A stretch of DNA of 64,000 bases from Mageeibacillus sp. UBA1046 (GTDB lineage: Bacteria > Bacillota > Clostridia > Saccharofermentanales > DTU023), in the NCBI GenBank assembly GCA_002316595.1, contig DCDV01000030.1, positions 7,955 to 71,954 of the forward strand, given 5' to 3'. The position numbers and the translations under genes are program-made. Under the pieces are notes generated by a model that made no database searches, had not been told where the DNA came from, and saw nothing but the letters and a program-made list of their open reading frames with translations. Of the stretch, positions 63,397 through 64,000 are shown one piece after another. Within the stretch, counting starts at the first letter, position 1; every line of letters begins with the position of its first letter.

Positions 63397-64000
63397 ATGC
63401 CCCTCTTCTTCTATGATATTACCTATATATTTGTCTTAATTGGCGCCTTGCTAAGTATTGCAGCCTCAGCGAATGTTCAACGGACATTCTCTCGCTATAG
63501 TGAAGTTCGCTCAGGCAGAGGATTAACCGGAGCTCAAGCTGCCAAGATAATTCTGCAAAAATACGACATCACCAATGTCTCAATTAAGCCGGTGGCTGGA
63601 AATCTGACGGATCATTATAGACCTTCTAACAAAACCCTCGGTCTATCTGAGCCAGTCATGGACGTAAATTCTATCGCTGCAATCGGAGTAGCGGCTCATG
63701 AGGTTGGACACGCTGTACAGCATTCACGAGGCTATGTGCCACTGCATGTACGTAACGCCATCGTGCCGGTAGTAAATATTGGCAGCCGCTTGTCTTGGCC
63801 AATTATTTTGGTTGGGCTTCTTGTTCAGGAATCATGGAGTCAAACTGTTCTGAACATCGGCATTCTACTCTTCGCTCTGACAACTGTGTTTACTCTAATT
63901 ACACTGCCAGTGGAATTTAACGCCTCCAGAAGAGCTGTCGCAGCTCTGGAAGATAGTCAGATTCTAAATAGCGAGGAACTAAAAGGCACCAGAAAGGTCT
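63397..64000 (+). CDS. YugP-like putative neutral zinc metallopeptidase (Zn_peptidase_2), 3' end beyond window
   Basis: Not in the ORF track because no stop is reached. I translated it by hand from ATG 63397 (GGAGG SD): MPLFFYDITYIFVLIGALLSI...GNLTDHYRPSNKTLGLSE...AAHEVGHAVQH, with the HExxH motif. Confidence 0.8.
   Translation, partial: MPLFFYDITYIFVLIGALLSIAASANVQRTFSRYSEVRSGRGLTGAQAAKIILQKYDITNVSIKPVAGNLTDHYRPSNKTLGLSEPVMDVNSIAAIGVAAHEVGHAVQHSRGYVPLHVRNAIVPVVNIGSRLSWPIILVGLLVQESWSQTVLNIGILLFALTTVFTLITLPVEFNASRRAVAALEDSQILNSEELKGTRKV

Noticed and set aside
1-64000. Search for mobile elements, prophage, toxin-antitoxin or defence-island content
   Set aside because: There are no transposase, integrase, recombinase, phage structural, restriction-modification or other defence-type ORFs. 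I saw no terminal inverted repeats. The tRNA pair is not flanked by foreign-looking genes.

Overview
The window reads as an ordinary chromosomal, mostly housekeeping segment of a Firmicute, probably a Clostridia-like anaerobe. Supporting this are nrdDG, feoAB and a CoA-disulfide reductase, plus the Bacillus/Clostridium-type syntenies SRP RNA-dnaX-ybaB-recR and mazG-yabO...divIC. GC content was not computed.

Gene content, in order:
- An Opp-type peptide ABC operon (oppABCD; oppF would lie off the left edge).
- A proline-racemase-family enzyme.
- A class A PBP.
- MTA/SAH deaminase.
- A peroxiredoxin.
- A livJHMGF branched-chain amino-acid ABC operon.
- SRP RNA followed by dnaX-ybaB-recR.
- A divIC/ftsB-like gene.
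- A translationally coupled nrdD-nrdG-mazG-yabO operon.
- A four-gene plus-strand operon: CoADR-rhodanese, nitroreductase, an internally deleted PNP-family ORF and an MtnA-like isomerase.
- A DUF438/hemerythrin/PAS protein, divergent from feoAB.
- A secreted DUF1002-like protein, a cold-shock protein and a PH-domain protein.
- znuACB.
- A decayed type-B carboxylesterase.
- A DsbA-like protein, Bcp and an L-cysteine-desulfidase-family protein.
- A zinc-ribbon membrane protein rich in Pro/Gln.
- tRNA-Gly(CCC) and tRNA-Thr(GGU).
- An Ldh_2-family dehydrogenase.
- A secreted hypothetical protein and an M14 lipoprotein.
- marR plus a heterodimeric ABC exporter.
- A second peptide ABC operon with an embedded M81 (MlrC-like) peptidase.
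- A partial YugP-like zinc peptidase at the right edge.

I found no CRISPR array, transposase, integrase, prophage, toxin-antitoxin pair or recognisable defence island, and I cannot point to a convincing new multi-gene system. The observations most worth a second look are:
- An in-frame internally deleted PNP-family gene coupled to an MtnA-like gene, in a genome that also encodes MtaD.
- A Cys/Thr active-site proline-racemase homologue, predicted to be a trans-3-hydroxy-L-proline dehydratase.
- A DUF438/feoAB divergent pair in which FeoA carries a Cys/Arg-rich tail.
- An M81 peptidase inside a peptide ABC operon.
- A 1.1-kb ORF-poor gap with paired repeats.
- An orphan consensus promoter plus hairpin that could define a small RNA.
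- A recurring pattern of unrelated short degenerate tandem duplications in intergenic DNA.

All functional calls come from reading motifs in the translated ORFs; no database search was run.
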